The notes beneath the pieces were generated by a model. It had not been told where the DNA came from. It saw nothing but the letters and a program-made list of their open reading frames with translations, and did no database searches. A stretch of 64,000 nt of DNA, taken from assembly GCF_036971445.1 (NCBI RefSeq), contig NC_091472.1, positions 306,776,001 through 306,840,000 on the forward strand, given 5' to 3'. Numbering within the stretch: the first letter of the stretch is position 1; the number at the start of each line of letters is the position of its first letter. Shown piece after piece: positions 1 through 11,600 of this stretch. The DNA comes from Narcine bancroftii (Eukaryota). The position numbers and the translations under genes were made by a program.

Positions 1-355
1 CCAGACAGGCACATTTTTGGGGGCACATTTCCTCCACACACAACACCCACATCAGTCTGTACAATTGCTCTAGTCAAATCAAATAATTACTAGATAACGA
101 GAGAAAACTTCAAGGATGTTCTCATCTTGAAATCCGTCCCGTGAATGTTTAAAATGGAGCAGTAGTAGCACCAAGAATTGAGTCCCTTTACCAAGTGGAT
201 AATTTTTTCCCTCAATTATTTTTTATCTCTGAAAGAGAACAAAAAAGTTCAAGACTAAAGACTTCACATTACGTTTGTGGGGTGGGGGTGGGAGAGATGT
301 TCCGACTTGTGGAAAATTCAGTTTATGTACTGATGTCAGGAAAGTAGTCCTTATG

Positions 356-1114
356 AGATAGACAATGAGATAGACAACAGACTCGCCAAGGCAAATAGCA
401 CCTTTGGAAGACTACACAAAAGAGTCTGGAAAAACAACCAACTGAAAAACCTCACAAAGATAAGCGTATACAGAGCCGTTGTCATACCCACACTCCTGTT
501 CGGCTCCGAATCATGGGTCCTCTACCGGCACCACCTACGGCTCCTAGAACGCTTCCACCAGCGTTGTCTCCGCTCCATCCTCAACATCCATTGGAGCGCT
601 TACACCCCTAACGTCGAAGTACTCGAGATGGCAGAGGTCGACAGCATCGAGTCCACGCTGCTGAAGATCCAGCTGCGCTGGATGGGTCACGTCTCCAGAA
701 TGGAGGACCATCGCCTTCCCAAGATCGTGTTATATGGCGAGCTCTCCACTGGCCACCGTGACAGAGGTGCACCAAAGAAAAGGTACAAGGACTGCCTAAA
801 GAAATCTCTTGGTGCCTGCCACATTGACCACCGCCAGTGGGCTGATAACGCCTCAAACCGTGCATCTTGGCGCCTCACAGTTTGGCGGGCAGCAACCTCC
901 TTTGAAGAAGACCGCAGAGCCCACCTCACTGACAAAAGGCAAAGGAGGAAAAACCCAACACCCAACCCCAACCAACCAATTTTCCCTTGCAACCGCTGCA
1001 ATCGTGTCTGCCTGTCCCACATCGGACTTGTCAGCCACAAACGAGCCTGCAGCTGACGTGGACTTTTTACCCCCTCCATAAATCTTCGTCCGCGAAGCCA
1101 AGCCAAAGAAGAAG
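356..1114 (+). mobile_element. RTE-clade LINE, 5'-truncated 3' part
   Basis: ORF 628-1056 (QLRWMGHVSRMEDHRLPKIVLYGEL ... [21 protein letters not shown]) is an RTE RT C-terminus; (GAA)n tail; 10-bp TSD AGTCCTTATG at 346-355 and 1115-1124. Confidence 0.85.
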
Positions 1115-1124
1115 AGTCCTTATG

Positions 1125-1650
1125 TAACATCGACTTTTGAATATTTTGTATTTGCCCTTCTTGCCAGCAAGAGAATGTGTTCTTTCATTAGATGCTGAGA
1201 AAGCACTTTATCAGATGGAATTGGAGTGTCTGTTTACTATCTTAGAAAAATTTAATTTTGGTCCTGTCCTCGTTAGATGGATTACATTATTATATTCAGG
1301 CCCTACAACTTCAATTTGTTCAATAAAGTTTAGGCTTAATAGGGGAATGCAGCAAAGTTTTCTGTTAAGTCCTTTGCTTTTTGATATAGTACTGGAACCT
1401 TTAGCTGTGGCTCTCTGACAATGTAGAGAATTTGAAGGTATAACAGGGTGTGGAATTGAACTTAAAGAATCTATTTATGCAGATGATTTATTGCTTTTTA
1501 TTTCAAATCCTGAGATTTCCATACCAAATATATTAACTTTAGTTTTCCCAATTTAGCCAGTTTTTTTGGATTATAAATTAAATTTATATAAGAGTGAACT
1601 TTTACCTTTTTAAAAGGATCTTTTTCAAGCTATTCTAATTTCCTGTTTAA
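1125..1650 (+). mobile_element. decayed L1/Tx1-like RT fragment (target of the RTE insertion)
   Basis: LSLDAEKA, LEKFNFGP, LSPLLFDIVLEPLA and a YADD-like motif, with stops and frameshifts. Confidence 0.7.
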
Positions 1651-1660
1651 AGAGTAAAAG

Positions 1661-2226
1661 TGTAGTGAGGTCTCTATGGTTATAAAAGCTAGGTTATAGC
1701 TCTTGGTTATAGTCCTAAGGCTGTCGCTCAAATCCCCAGGAGAAGAAAGACACACACACCAGTAGAGTGTATTCGACACTGAGTTTATTCAGGGGCAGTT
1801 CAGCCTTTCATAGTCAGCTTGGCCACGGCTCCACCAGGGTGTGGCTTGAATGGGCCGGCAGCTGATTGGTTACCTCGGATTCCCAGGCCCCCTGCGATCC
1901 ACCGGCGGTGATTGGAGCTCTGCTGGGAGCCTATAGAAATGGGCATTTCATCCCACACGATGTTTTGCTGGTTGCTGCGTTCGATGGCCATTGCTTGTGT
2001 GGCCCGAGGTGTGAGCCACTACATGACACTGCCCGAACCGGCAATCGGGGAACTGTTTTTAGGAAGCCAACCCCTGCACTGTGGGTTGGGTGAGTCAAAG
2101 TCCAAGTAGGCCAGTTTCAACCGGTCAAGTGTGAAAGTTTCTTCCCTGCAGTCAATGTCCAAAATACCGGTGGAGCCGTTGTGTCTGAGGACACGGTATG
2201 GCCCCTTATAAGGCCGCTGTAGAGGT
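1661..2226 (-). mobile_element. Gypsy LTR retrotransposon 3' end (integrase C-terminus + 3' LTR)
   Basis: LTR 1661-2023 with TGTAGTG...CACTACA termini; minus strand reads PLQRPYKGPYRVL...LDRLK (GPY/F integrase motif). Confidence 0.7.
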
Positions 2227-2229
2227 GGC

Positions 2230-4215
2230 TGGTGAATATTAATTGGAAAGTGATGTTTAAGGGGGAGAGCACAGAAGTAATGTGGAGTAAGTTAAGGGAC
2301 CAATTGTGCTGGGTTAAGGACAAGTTTGTCTCACTAGGACAAGAAAAAAAGGTAGGAAAAGGGAACAGTGGATGATGAAATAGGTAAGGTGATTTGTAGA
2401 GAGGAAGAAGCAAGCTTTAGTTAGATATAGGAAGCAGGGAACAGATAGGGCTCATGAGAAACATATAGAAACTAGGAAGAATCTTAAGAAGGAAATTATG
2501 AGAGCTCGATAGGGACATAAGGCCTTCTCATGTTAAGGATAACCCCAAAGTATTCTATGCCCATGTTCAAAAATAGAAAGATGACAAAGGTGAAAGAGGC
2601 AACACTTGCCTAGAAGCAGAGGATGTGGGGGAGGTCCTGAATGAACACTTCTTGTCAGTATTTACAAGAAAAAAGGACCTTGATCAGGATGTGCTGGACA
2701 ATGTGGTGATTTTGGAAGTGGAAGTGTTAGATCTTCTAAATAACATCAAGATTGATAAGTCCCTGGGGCCGGATGAGATATCCCTAGGTAACTGTGGGAG
2801 GTAAGAGAAGAAATTGTAGGAGCATTAACTATGGTCTTTGAATCCTCTTTGACTACAGGGGAGGTGCCAGAGGATTGGAAAATGGCAAATGTAGTCCCTA
2901 TGTTTAAAAAAGCTAATGAGGAGAATACTGGGAATTATAGGCCGGCGAGTCTCACATCAGTGGTGTGTAAACTATTGGAAGGATTCTTAAGGATAGGATC
3001 TACCAGCATTTGGAGAGGTATAGTCAGCATGGCTTTGTAAAGGGAAAGTTGTGCCTCACAAGCCTAATTGAGTTCTTTGAGGAAGTGACAAAAGAAATTG
3101 ATGAGGATAGGGCGGTAGATGTGGTCTATATGGATTTCATTAAGGTGTTTGATAAGGTCCCCCACGTGAGACTCATCCAATAGTCCAAGAGGCATGGGTG
3201 GATAAAAATATTGGCTTGCAGGAAGAAGACAGAGAGTAGTGGTGGAATGGAGGTAGTCTGCATGGAGGGGAGTGACTAGTGGAGCGCCACAGGGATCAGT
3301 TCTCGGTCCCTTCCTCTTCGTAATTTTTAGAAATGAGCTGGATAATGATACAGAAGGTTGGGTGAGTAGGTTTATGGATGACACAAAAATTGGAGGAAAT
3401 GTAGATGGAGTTGAAGGTTGTCAGAGGTGACGAGAAAATAGACAGGATGCAGTGTTGGGCAGAAAAATGGCAAATGGAGTTCAATCCGGATAAGTCTGAG
3501 GTGATGTATTTTGGCTAAATAAATCGAAAAGCTGAGTACAGAGTTAATGGTCAGTTAATTAAGAGTGTGGATGAACAGAGGAATCTTGGGGGTTCATGTC
3601 TATACATCCCTCAAGGTGGTTGCTCAGGTTAATAGGATAGTTAAAAAGGCCTATGGGATTCAGGGCTTCATTAATAGGGGGATTGTGTATCAGAGTAGAG
3701 AAGTCATGTTGCAGCTTTATAAGTCTTTGGTGAGACCACATTTGGAGTATTGTGCCCAGTTCTGGTCACCTCATTATAGAAAGGATGTGGAGGCTATGGA
3801 AAGGGTGCAAAGGAGACTTATCAGGATGTTGCCTGGATTGGAGGGCATGTCTTATGAGGCAAGGTTGGCAAAGCTGGGACTTTTCTCTTTGGAGCATAGC
3901 AGGATGAGAGGCCTACAAAATTATGAGAGGTTGGACAGCCAATACCTGTTTCCTTGGGTAGGAATAACAACCACTAGAGGACATATGTATAAGATTGAGG
4001 GAAGTATAGGGGTAAGTTTTTTTTTACACAGAGAGTTGTTGAGGCCTGGAATGCTTTGCCAGGTGTGATGGTAGAGGCTGAAACATTAAGGGCCTTTAAA
4101 AGACTATTAGATGGGCACAGGGACAAAAGGAAAGTAGAGGGTTATAGGGTAGGGAGGGTTTAGCACTTTTATATGGTTCAGCATAACATGGAGGGCTGAA
4201 GGGCCTGTACATAAG
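2230..4215 (+). mobile_element. CR1 LINE, decayed ORF2 + 3' end
   Basis: GEVPEDWKMANVVPMFKK, GNYRPASLTSVVCK, LYKSLVRPHLEYCAQFWSPHYRKD; many stops and frameshifts. Confidence 0.9.
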
Positions 4216-5074
4216 TCTAATGTTTTAATGTTTAATGTGCTGACCATTAATGTAAGTTTTGTGGATGTTTTCATTTAACCCTTTTTTGGTGCCACTTTAT
4301 TATGTGGGTCATATGACCAACGTAGCACTGCAGAGATTTCTTAGTGTAAATTCTGTTATTTTGCATGTTTAGGAGTAGAGATTCAGGAAGAAAGTCTAGA
4401 AGGCAATTGATATGTTGTATTTTCTTCTTCAGCTATATATTTTCCTTTGTTAAATGTTATAGATTTTGTTGTCTCTGTTTAGTCCCCATGCAGTTTTTAA
4501 CATTTGCCCACCAGGTGGCATTGTTTTCTCTTTTGAATATAGTTTTTCATGGTTTGGGAAGATTTGTTGTAACTTATTTTTTTAAATTTTTCACACTGTG
4601 AACCATATCAATCAAAATACATACAAACATTTCCCTCTTAAATATACACAGTGGCATTTTCTCCCCTTTTTCCCCCCTACCTTCCCTCGCCCCCTCCAAA
4701 CCCATTAAATGTTCAACATATCCAATACAATAAAACCATTAAACAATGTCATCACACAATGAAAAATAAACAAGAAAAAGTGTTTTCCTGTCAAGCTCTT
4801 GGCTGATATTGTGTACACTGAGTTGAGTACATACAGAAAGGTTAAAATAAAGTATCTGCGTGCATTTTGAGAAAAAGAAAAGGAAGCAGGCAGTGCAGTT
4901 CTGCACTGCTGAGGGAGCAGAGGTGCAGGAAGAAAGACCAGAAGGCAATTGATGTGTTATATTGTCTTCAGCAGGGAGTGAATAAATGCTGGAAAACAAT
5001 TCCTTGAGTCGTCTCTTGTTCTATGTCCTATCCAAGCTTGTTGCATACCATTTAACCAAGTTTTAAATCTCCCT

Positions 5075-5525
5075 CTAGCATGCTGACTCATTGCCCCTTT
5101 TTATACTACCCACTACCATGGTATCGTCAGCAAATTTATAGATAGTGTTATTGTTGTACCAAGCCACACAGTCAATACTTGTAAAGTGAGTAGAGCAGGG
5201 GGCTAAGAAAACAGCCCTGTGCCTCTCCAGTACTGATGGAGATTGTGGAGGAGATGTTCTCACCAATCTTCATTGACTGTGGTCTGGAGGTGAGGAGATC
5301 AAGGATCCAATTACACAGTGGGGTGCTGAGCCCTAGGTCTTAGAGTTTGCTGATCAGTTTTGAGGGGATGATGGTGTTGAATGCCAAACTGTAGTCGATA
5401 AAGAGCATCCTGATGCATGCATCTTTGCTGTCCAGGTGTTCCAGGACTTTTGTGTAGAGCCAGTGAGATGGCGTCTGTTGCCATGATAGGCAAATTGGAA
5501 CAGATCCATATTGCCGCTCAGATAA
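5075..5525 (-). mobile_element. Rex1/Babar-like LINE RT fragment
   Basis: [23 protein letters not shown] and IYKFADDTMVVG. Confidence 0.75.
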
Positions 5526-6248
5526 AGGTGCCAAGATTCAACTTCTTTTAGACTCCCTACCATGGGAAAAAGATTGTGACCCTCCACCCTAGTCAACGTT
5601 CTTCATGATTTTATCAAGGCCACCCCTCAGCCTCCTTTACTCCAGGAAAAAATCCCAACTTATTGACTTGCCTTATAACCCAGACCCTTCAGTCTAGGCA
5701 ACATCCTTGTGCAGCTTTTCTACACCCTCTTAAGCTTGATAAGATTTTTCCGTAATATGGCGATGAGAATTGCACCATGTGTGGTCTCACGAACGTCATA
5801 GTAGCAGTAACATGACATTCTGATGTACTCAATTCCTCACCGATGGAGTGTGCCATTTGCCATCTTCACCACCCTTTTTACCATTTGCCATTTCTTTGCC
5901 ACTTTTCCAAATGAACTAGATTCTGTTGGAACCTTAGACCAGCCATTATAAACTTTTTTCTTTGGTTGAGGACCCCATAGGATTCTGTTCAAAGTTCATG
6001 GGCCACCTTCTCTTTGAAGCAGTCAGGTTTTGTTTACTTCACTATTTCTCTCCTACTGACAACATTAAAAAACATTGAAATATTTATCATACTTGAGGTG
6101 AAAAGAAAACAAGACTTTTACTTAAATGGCCCTTGGTGTGGGGTAGGGGTTGGGGTGCGGAGGGTCCCCATTGAGAATGACTGCCTTAGACAACACTCTT
6201 CACTGTCCAATGCATCGTTAATCGGTTTTATCCGCAAGCTTACTATAG

Positions 6249-7613
6249 CCCCTTTCACACCTGCGACCCACTAAATTGACTGTTCAATGTTCTGGCATAG
6301 GAATAGGGACTTTGGTTTTTCACACTTGACCACTCCTAACTGGGACTCCTAAGGGATTGCCCACTTGCAAGGAGCCATCTCCGGGGTTAGGACTGTTCTA
6401 CCTTCTACTGGTGGCGTCCAGACGAGTGATGGTGGACCTGCCCTAAATCCTGATCAATGTACAGGGAAACCTCGTTAGAATGCGATTCGTTAATCCATGG
6501 AATTGCTTATAGCGCGGGTGTCTGTGGACCCCAAACATTGATTTTAGGATGCCAGGCTAAAAGTGGCTAACAGCCACAAACTCAAAAATGGACTCGTGAC
6601 TCATTTACAAGATGTGTATGTTAATATGTGGAGTTTAAAGGTCTTATTATAGGGTTTGAGTCACGGTATTCTGTTTTCCTGCTTCCTGAATCATGGTATA
6701 TATGCATCTGTTCCGCGACTCGGCTGTAACGCGCTAAGAAATCTTGGACTCCAACTACCGCGTTCTAACGAGGTTTTACTGTATTATGATCTTGTATTAG
6801 AACAAAATTAATCATGCCTAAATATAACATAATTAAGCTTTATGCACAGCACAGTATGAGCCCTACAGCCCCCATTGTTGTTGTGCCGACCTATATAAAC
6901 CTTTATAAGGGACTGTGAGAAAATGCTAGCAATAAATAGCAATAGCAGACAATTTTTAAACAGGGTGGAAAAGTTGGTAGCACTGTAGCGCACAATTTAT
7001 ATAGTCTTGGAATGGTTGTAGCACTGTAGCGCACCATTTATACAGCGTGGGAAAGTTTGTAGCACTACCACGTACAATTTATAAATACCATGGGGAAAAA
7101 GTGATGGTGGACCTGCCCTCCCAGAATGCCATGCGGCAGAGAAAGGGCTGTACAAATGGCTGCATACATGGACGGGTTTCTCTGCCACATGGCACTCTGG
7201 GAAGTCGGACTGCCATCGCTTTCCCCCCCCCCCACAGTCTTTATAAATTGTGCGCTATAGCGCTACTAACTTTCCCACGCTGTTTAAAAATTGTTTGCTA
7301 TTGCTATTTATTTCCTCTCTCGCTCTCCCACTACCACTTTCCCTCAGCAAAATTTGTACTTTCATTTTAATCTTTTCTTCCTGCACTCAAGCAAAAACTG
7401 GGATCATTTCAATCCCACAATGCAATTACCTGTTTCACTCTTGCCTGATTGCAGTGCAGACACCGGGGATTGTATTAGGGTCAAGGCTGTCAATCCCCAG
7501 CATGAGATGATGTCACCCGACGCCAGCGTTGAGCTGATTTTGCTTTCACACCAGGCACTTTAAAGGCCAATTGGCAGTTAATTCCTAGGATCACTTGCAA
7601 GTGTGAAAGGGGC
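6249..7613. mobile_element. PIF/Harbinger-like non-autonomous DNA transposon
   Basis: TIRs GCCCCTTTCACAC ... GTGTGAAAGGGGC flanked by ATA/TTA; internal inverted repeat ~6930-7001 vs ~7241-7313. Confidence 0.65.
6462..6781. mobile_element. Tc1/mariner (Tigger/pogo-like) MITE nested in the Harbinger-like element
   Basis: TA TSD; TIRs CAGGGAAACCTCGTTAGAA / TTCTAACGAGGTTTTACTG. Confidence 0.75.
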
Positions 7614-8438
7614 TTATGATACATGAGAGTTTGTCACATGCATAAGTGCAATTTACATCTACAATAAAATTCTTCCCTGTGGCAGCCACATAAGGATACA
7701 AGATACAATAGTTTAAATTCAATTACCATAATGTGTGCTGAGACAGGAGATAATAAATATAAAAGAACAGATACATAAATATTCACAGTAATTATGCCAC
7801 CTTCATTCTCATTATAATCATTAATATCCAGATCCCTGCAGCACACCACTGGTCACAGGCCTCCACTACCATTCAGACACTTTTATTTCTCAATGACTAG
7901 ATTTTCCCTGGATCCCGTGCAATCGAACCTCCATCTTGGTCTATTCCAAAATATAGGGCTTATCTGAACTTTGACCTACATTACCAAAAAAGCATCTTCA
8001 ATCCAAATTGTAGCTTTAGAAGTAGAAATCCAATGAAAAATATTTACAGTATTTAAGCACGCCATTATTATTTGTAGCATTAAAGCTACTCAGTATTTTC
8101 GTCATAATTATTTGCAGGATCAAACTGAATGCAAGTTGAAAGAATATTAGCTTGCTAATTCCACTGAATTGATCACTTGATAATTAAAATGAACTCGTAA
8201 CAGTAACTCTATCATCAAAAAACATTCCTATCAGATTACCTGACTTATTTATTATTTATAAGTTAGAGGTCAAGTCCAAAAATATACAGTTAACAGAACG
8301 AAAACAGCTGGCAACGATTTTAGAGCTGCTACAGCTTCACTAATTTTTTTGATTCATGTAATAGGTTTCGATCGACATGTTCGAATTTCTGGCACGATGC
8401 AACTACATCAAAGGAGATAGAATTTTTTGCTGATAAGA

Positions 8439-8649
8439 ATGTTTGCTGTAGCCACAAAGAACTTTGTGAAACAGGTTGGAGATACAGGCAGACTGAAACC
8501 CGTTCCTGATCTCAGTGAGGCAGATAGATATCAGCCTCTCAGTCTTGTAACCAAACGGACAAAATCTTTTTTCTGGAAAAAGAAGAAATACAGCTCCACA
8601 CCATTCACGCTGAAGGACATCCTTGTCGGAGAAAAGGAGGTTTCTGCCG
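8439..8649 (+). CDS. PJVK: pejvakin coding exon 1
   Basis: [14 protein letters not shown]...[17 protein letters not shown]; donor G|GTATTG; 211 nt. Confidence 0.95.
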
Positions 8650-11600
8650 GTATTGTACTTATTTTGCTTCTGTTCAAGTTATGTTTTTTTGCTGTAGGAA
8701 ACTATATGATCTTGGATCAGGTTAACCCTAACCTCCATCAGCTTCCTGTTACAAATTGTAATTGAATATAAGGGATCAAATATGAAAATATAAAATATGC
8801 AGTAAAGCTATTTAGCCAAGAGAAGGACATAAGAAATAGGAGCAGGAGAGGGCCCTCTGTCCTGTCGAATCTGCTCGGCCATTATAATCATGTCTGATAA
8901 CACCGTGGACTCAGCTTCACTTATCCATCTGTTTCCCATAACTTTCAATTCCTCTACTATTTGTTTCGAGCTCAGAGGACCCCCAAACCCAGCAGCAATA
9001 GATATTCACCGACAAATGGTTACTTCAACAAAAGCTGCTTTTAATTATCTTTAAACATGAAAATAGAATCAAACTTTAACTTATCACTATTGACTTACTT
9101 AACCTAACATAACTCCCTTCTAATTCTAAGCGCACGAGTACGTAATGTGCATGTAAGTTCAGAAAAGTTATTTGGTTCAAAGTCCACTCCCACTTCTCAT
9201 TCCTCCAGGTTCACTGGTTGGAGGTAATTCTTACACTGTGCACAGAATTTAACATTTATAAAGTTCACCAGGCTTTGATGCTTGAAAGATAAATGGTTAC
9301 CACTCAGGAAGTTTCTTGTCGGTTTTCAGAGAGAGATTCATTGTACGATGGACACCCAGCCACTTCAGTGTCTGGCTGATGAAACCTGCCCCTTCAGGTT
9401 CTCCAGATGATAACCTCTTTCTTTCAGGCCACTGCAGAGTTCCTTTCTGTTTCGCTTATTCCAAGTGAAACATTAGATAGCCAGTCCTCTCCTCTTGCAT
9501 GAACCACAAGGGCTTTGACCGGGCTGAATCAAGCACTAACAACCCGTCTTTTCCACATGGGTTTTTCCACAAGCTTGTCAGCTTGTCCTGTTCTGGTCCC
9601 AGCTGCTGTTGCTGGCTGTAACACTGTAGAAGTGATCTCTGTGTGCGTCTCTCTCTCTCTCTCCCTCTCTGAGAGAAAGCCTGTTTGAGTCCCTCTGCTT
9701 GCAGAGCCACATGACCCTCTTAGAACAGCTCCAGACAATCTGCGACTCTGACAAGATCTTTCATCTGTTGCCTTTTAGTAATCAACAATCCATTAGTGAA
9801 GTCTCTTGGGCATTCTCCAAAGCTCTTGCAAAGACTGTTGGCCCCGACATGTCTAGCATGGGGCAGATCTCCAGTATTTTAAATAAAATCTGTTTTAAAG
9901 TGTTTTGTATGTGACCTACTCTAACAAACCTTTCCCAATTAATCTCCCAAAAACATATCTATATACTCTATCACATATTCTACATTCTATCTCTTTCTCA
10001 AATACCTTCAATGAGTCTGCCTCCACTACTTCATTGAGCAGAGGATTCCACAGATTACAACTCTCTGGGAAAATACTTCTTTCTTATCTTTCTTAAATCT
10101 ATTCCTCTGAATCTTGAGGCTACATCCCCTAGTTCTAGTCTCACCTGCAAGTGGAAACAACCTTCTATCTTGTCTGTTTTATATCTCTCTGCAAGGTCCC
10201 TTCTCATTCTTCTCGTCTCAGACTATTCAATCTAATCCCTTCATTTCTGGCTGCGGCTCCATGAAATCAACTGAAATGCTGTGTCCGTGGACAAGTTAAG
10301 CATCTGAGATCCCAATGCGCTACTAGAAAGGCTGTGTGTTAAATGCAGAAAGAGGGGTCACCGCAGAAAGGTCTGCAGAGGACTCTCTAAAGGGACCACC
10401 AAAACTGCTGTTATCTTGGGGGAAGAGTGGGAACTATTATCAATCCCTTCTGCCTGCTTAGCTCAGAATCTCCTGGCGGCACACAATGCTTTGTGCAAGT
10501 CTAGTTGGACAGCGCCCCCTGGAGATGAGCGACATGAAGAACAGGATGATGCAACCCTGACCATGCTGGCCTTGCTGGAGCGAAATCTGGCAAGTGGCCA
10601 TGATTTAGCCTGTTCCATGGTGAATATAAGAGCAAATGGAAGCAGCAAGAATTTTATCCACCCCTTGTGTGGCTGCCCTTTGTGCTCTCGAAGAGCGAAA
10701 TGCAGACCATAAAATTCGCCTAGCCTCTAGCTGCCACACTGGCTACTGTCAGTTTACATGGGTTTACATGGCACACTGGTACATGGCTACTGTCCTGCTG
10801 ACCTGTCGATTAAGGGCACTGAATAAAAATATTTCCGATTGCTCGTCCTACCCAATCTCTGTTCCCCTGTGTTCTTTGGGCTGGATTTCCAGTGCCAACA
10901 CGAAAGCGTAACCCTAGCTTACAATGGACCCTACCCACCTTTGGTAGCCAAACAACCCTCCTGCAACCTCCTGACGCTGAAAGTGTCCCTGTCGCGACTA
11001 TTCACCAATATCACACCCATTGCAGACCTACAGCAACCAAGAGCTGGCACTAATCTGCTACGGAAAGGTCATTCATCAAATCAGAAGTACGAGTACTGCA
11101 GGAAGGCGTTATGAAATCCAGCACCAGCCCCTGGTGCGCTCAAGTCGTGGTAGTAAAACAAGGGACAAAGAATCGGGTGCTTGTCGATTACAGCCAAACT
11201 ATAAACAAATTCACTCAATTGGATGCTTATCCCTTACATGGTGAACGAAAATAGCCCCCTACAAGGTTTTCTTCCCCCATAGACCTGAAATCTGCCTATC
11301 ACCAGCTGTCATTCATGAAAGTGACCAGATTAAATACGGCTTTTGAAGCTGATGGTAGGCTGTATCAATTTCTCAATGTTCCTTTTGGAGTCACTAATGG
11401 ACTGTCTGTATTCCAGGGAGAAATGGACCGCATGGTGGATAACAATAACCTAACTGCCATCTATCCCTTCTTAGATGATGTCACAATATGTGGTTTTTGA
11501 TAAATTTCTCAAAGTTGCCCAGAACCTAACCTCACATACAATGAACAAAAGTGCATTTTCCGTACAACTTAGTTGTCCATCCTGGGCTATATGGTCGAAA

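Noticed and set aside
1-8360. PRKRA exons, expected upstream of PJVK by synteny
   Set aside because: No dsRNA-binding-domain coding sequence recognised; the region is TE-derived
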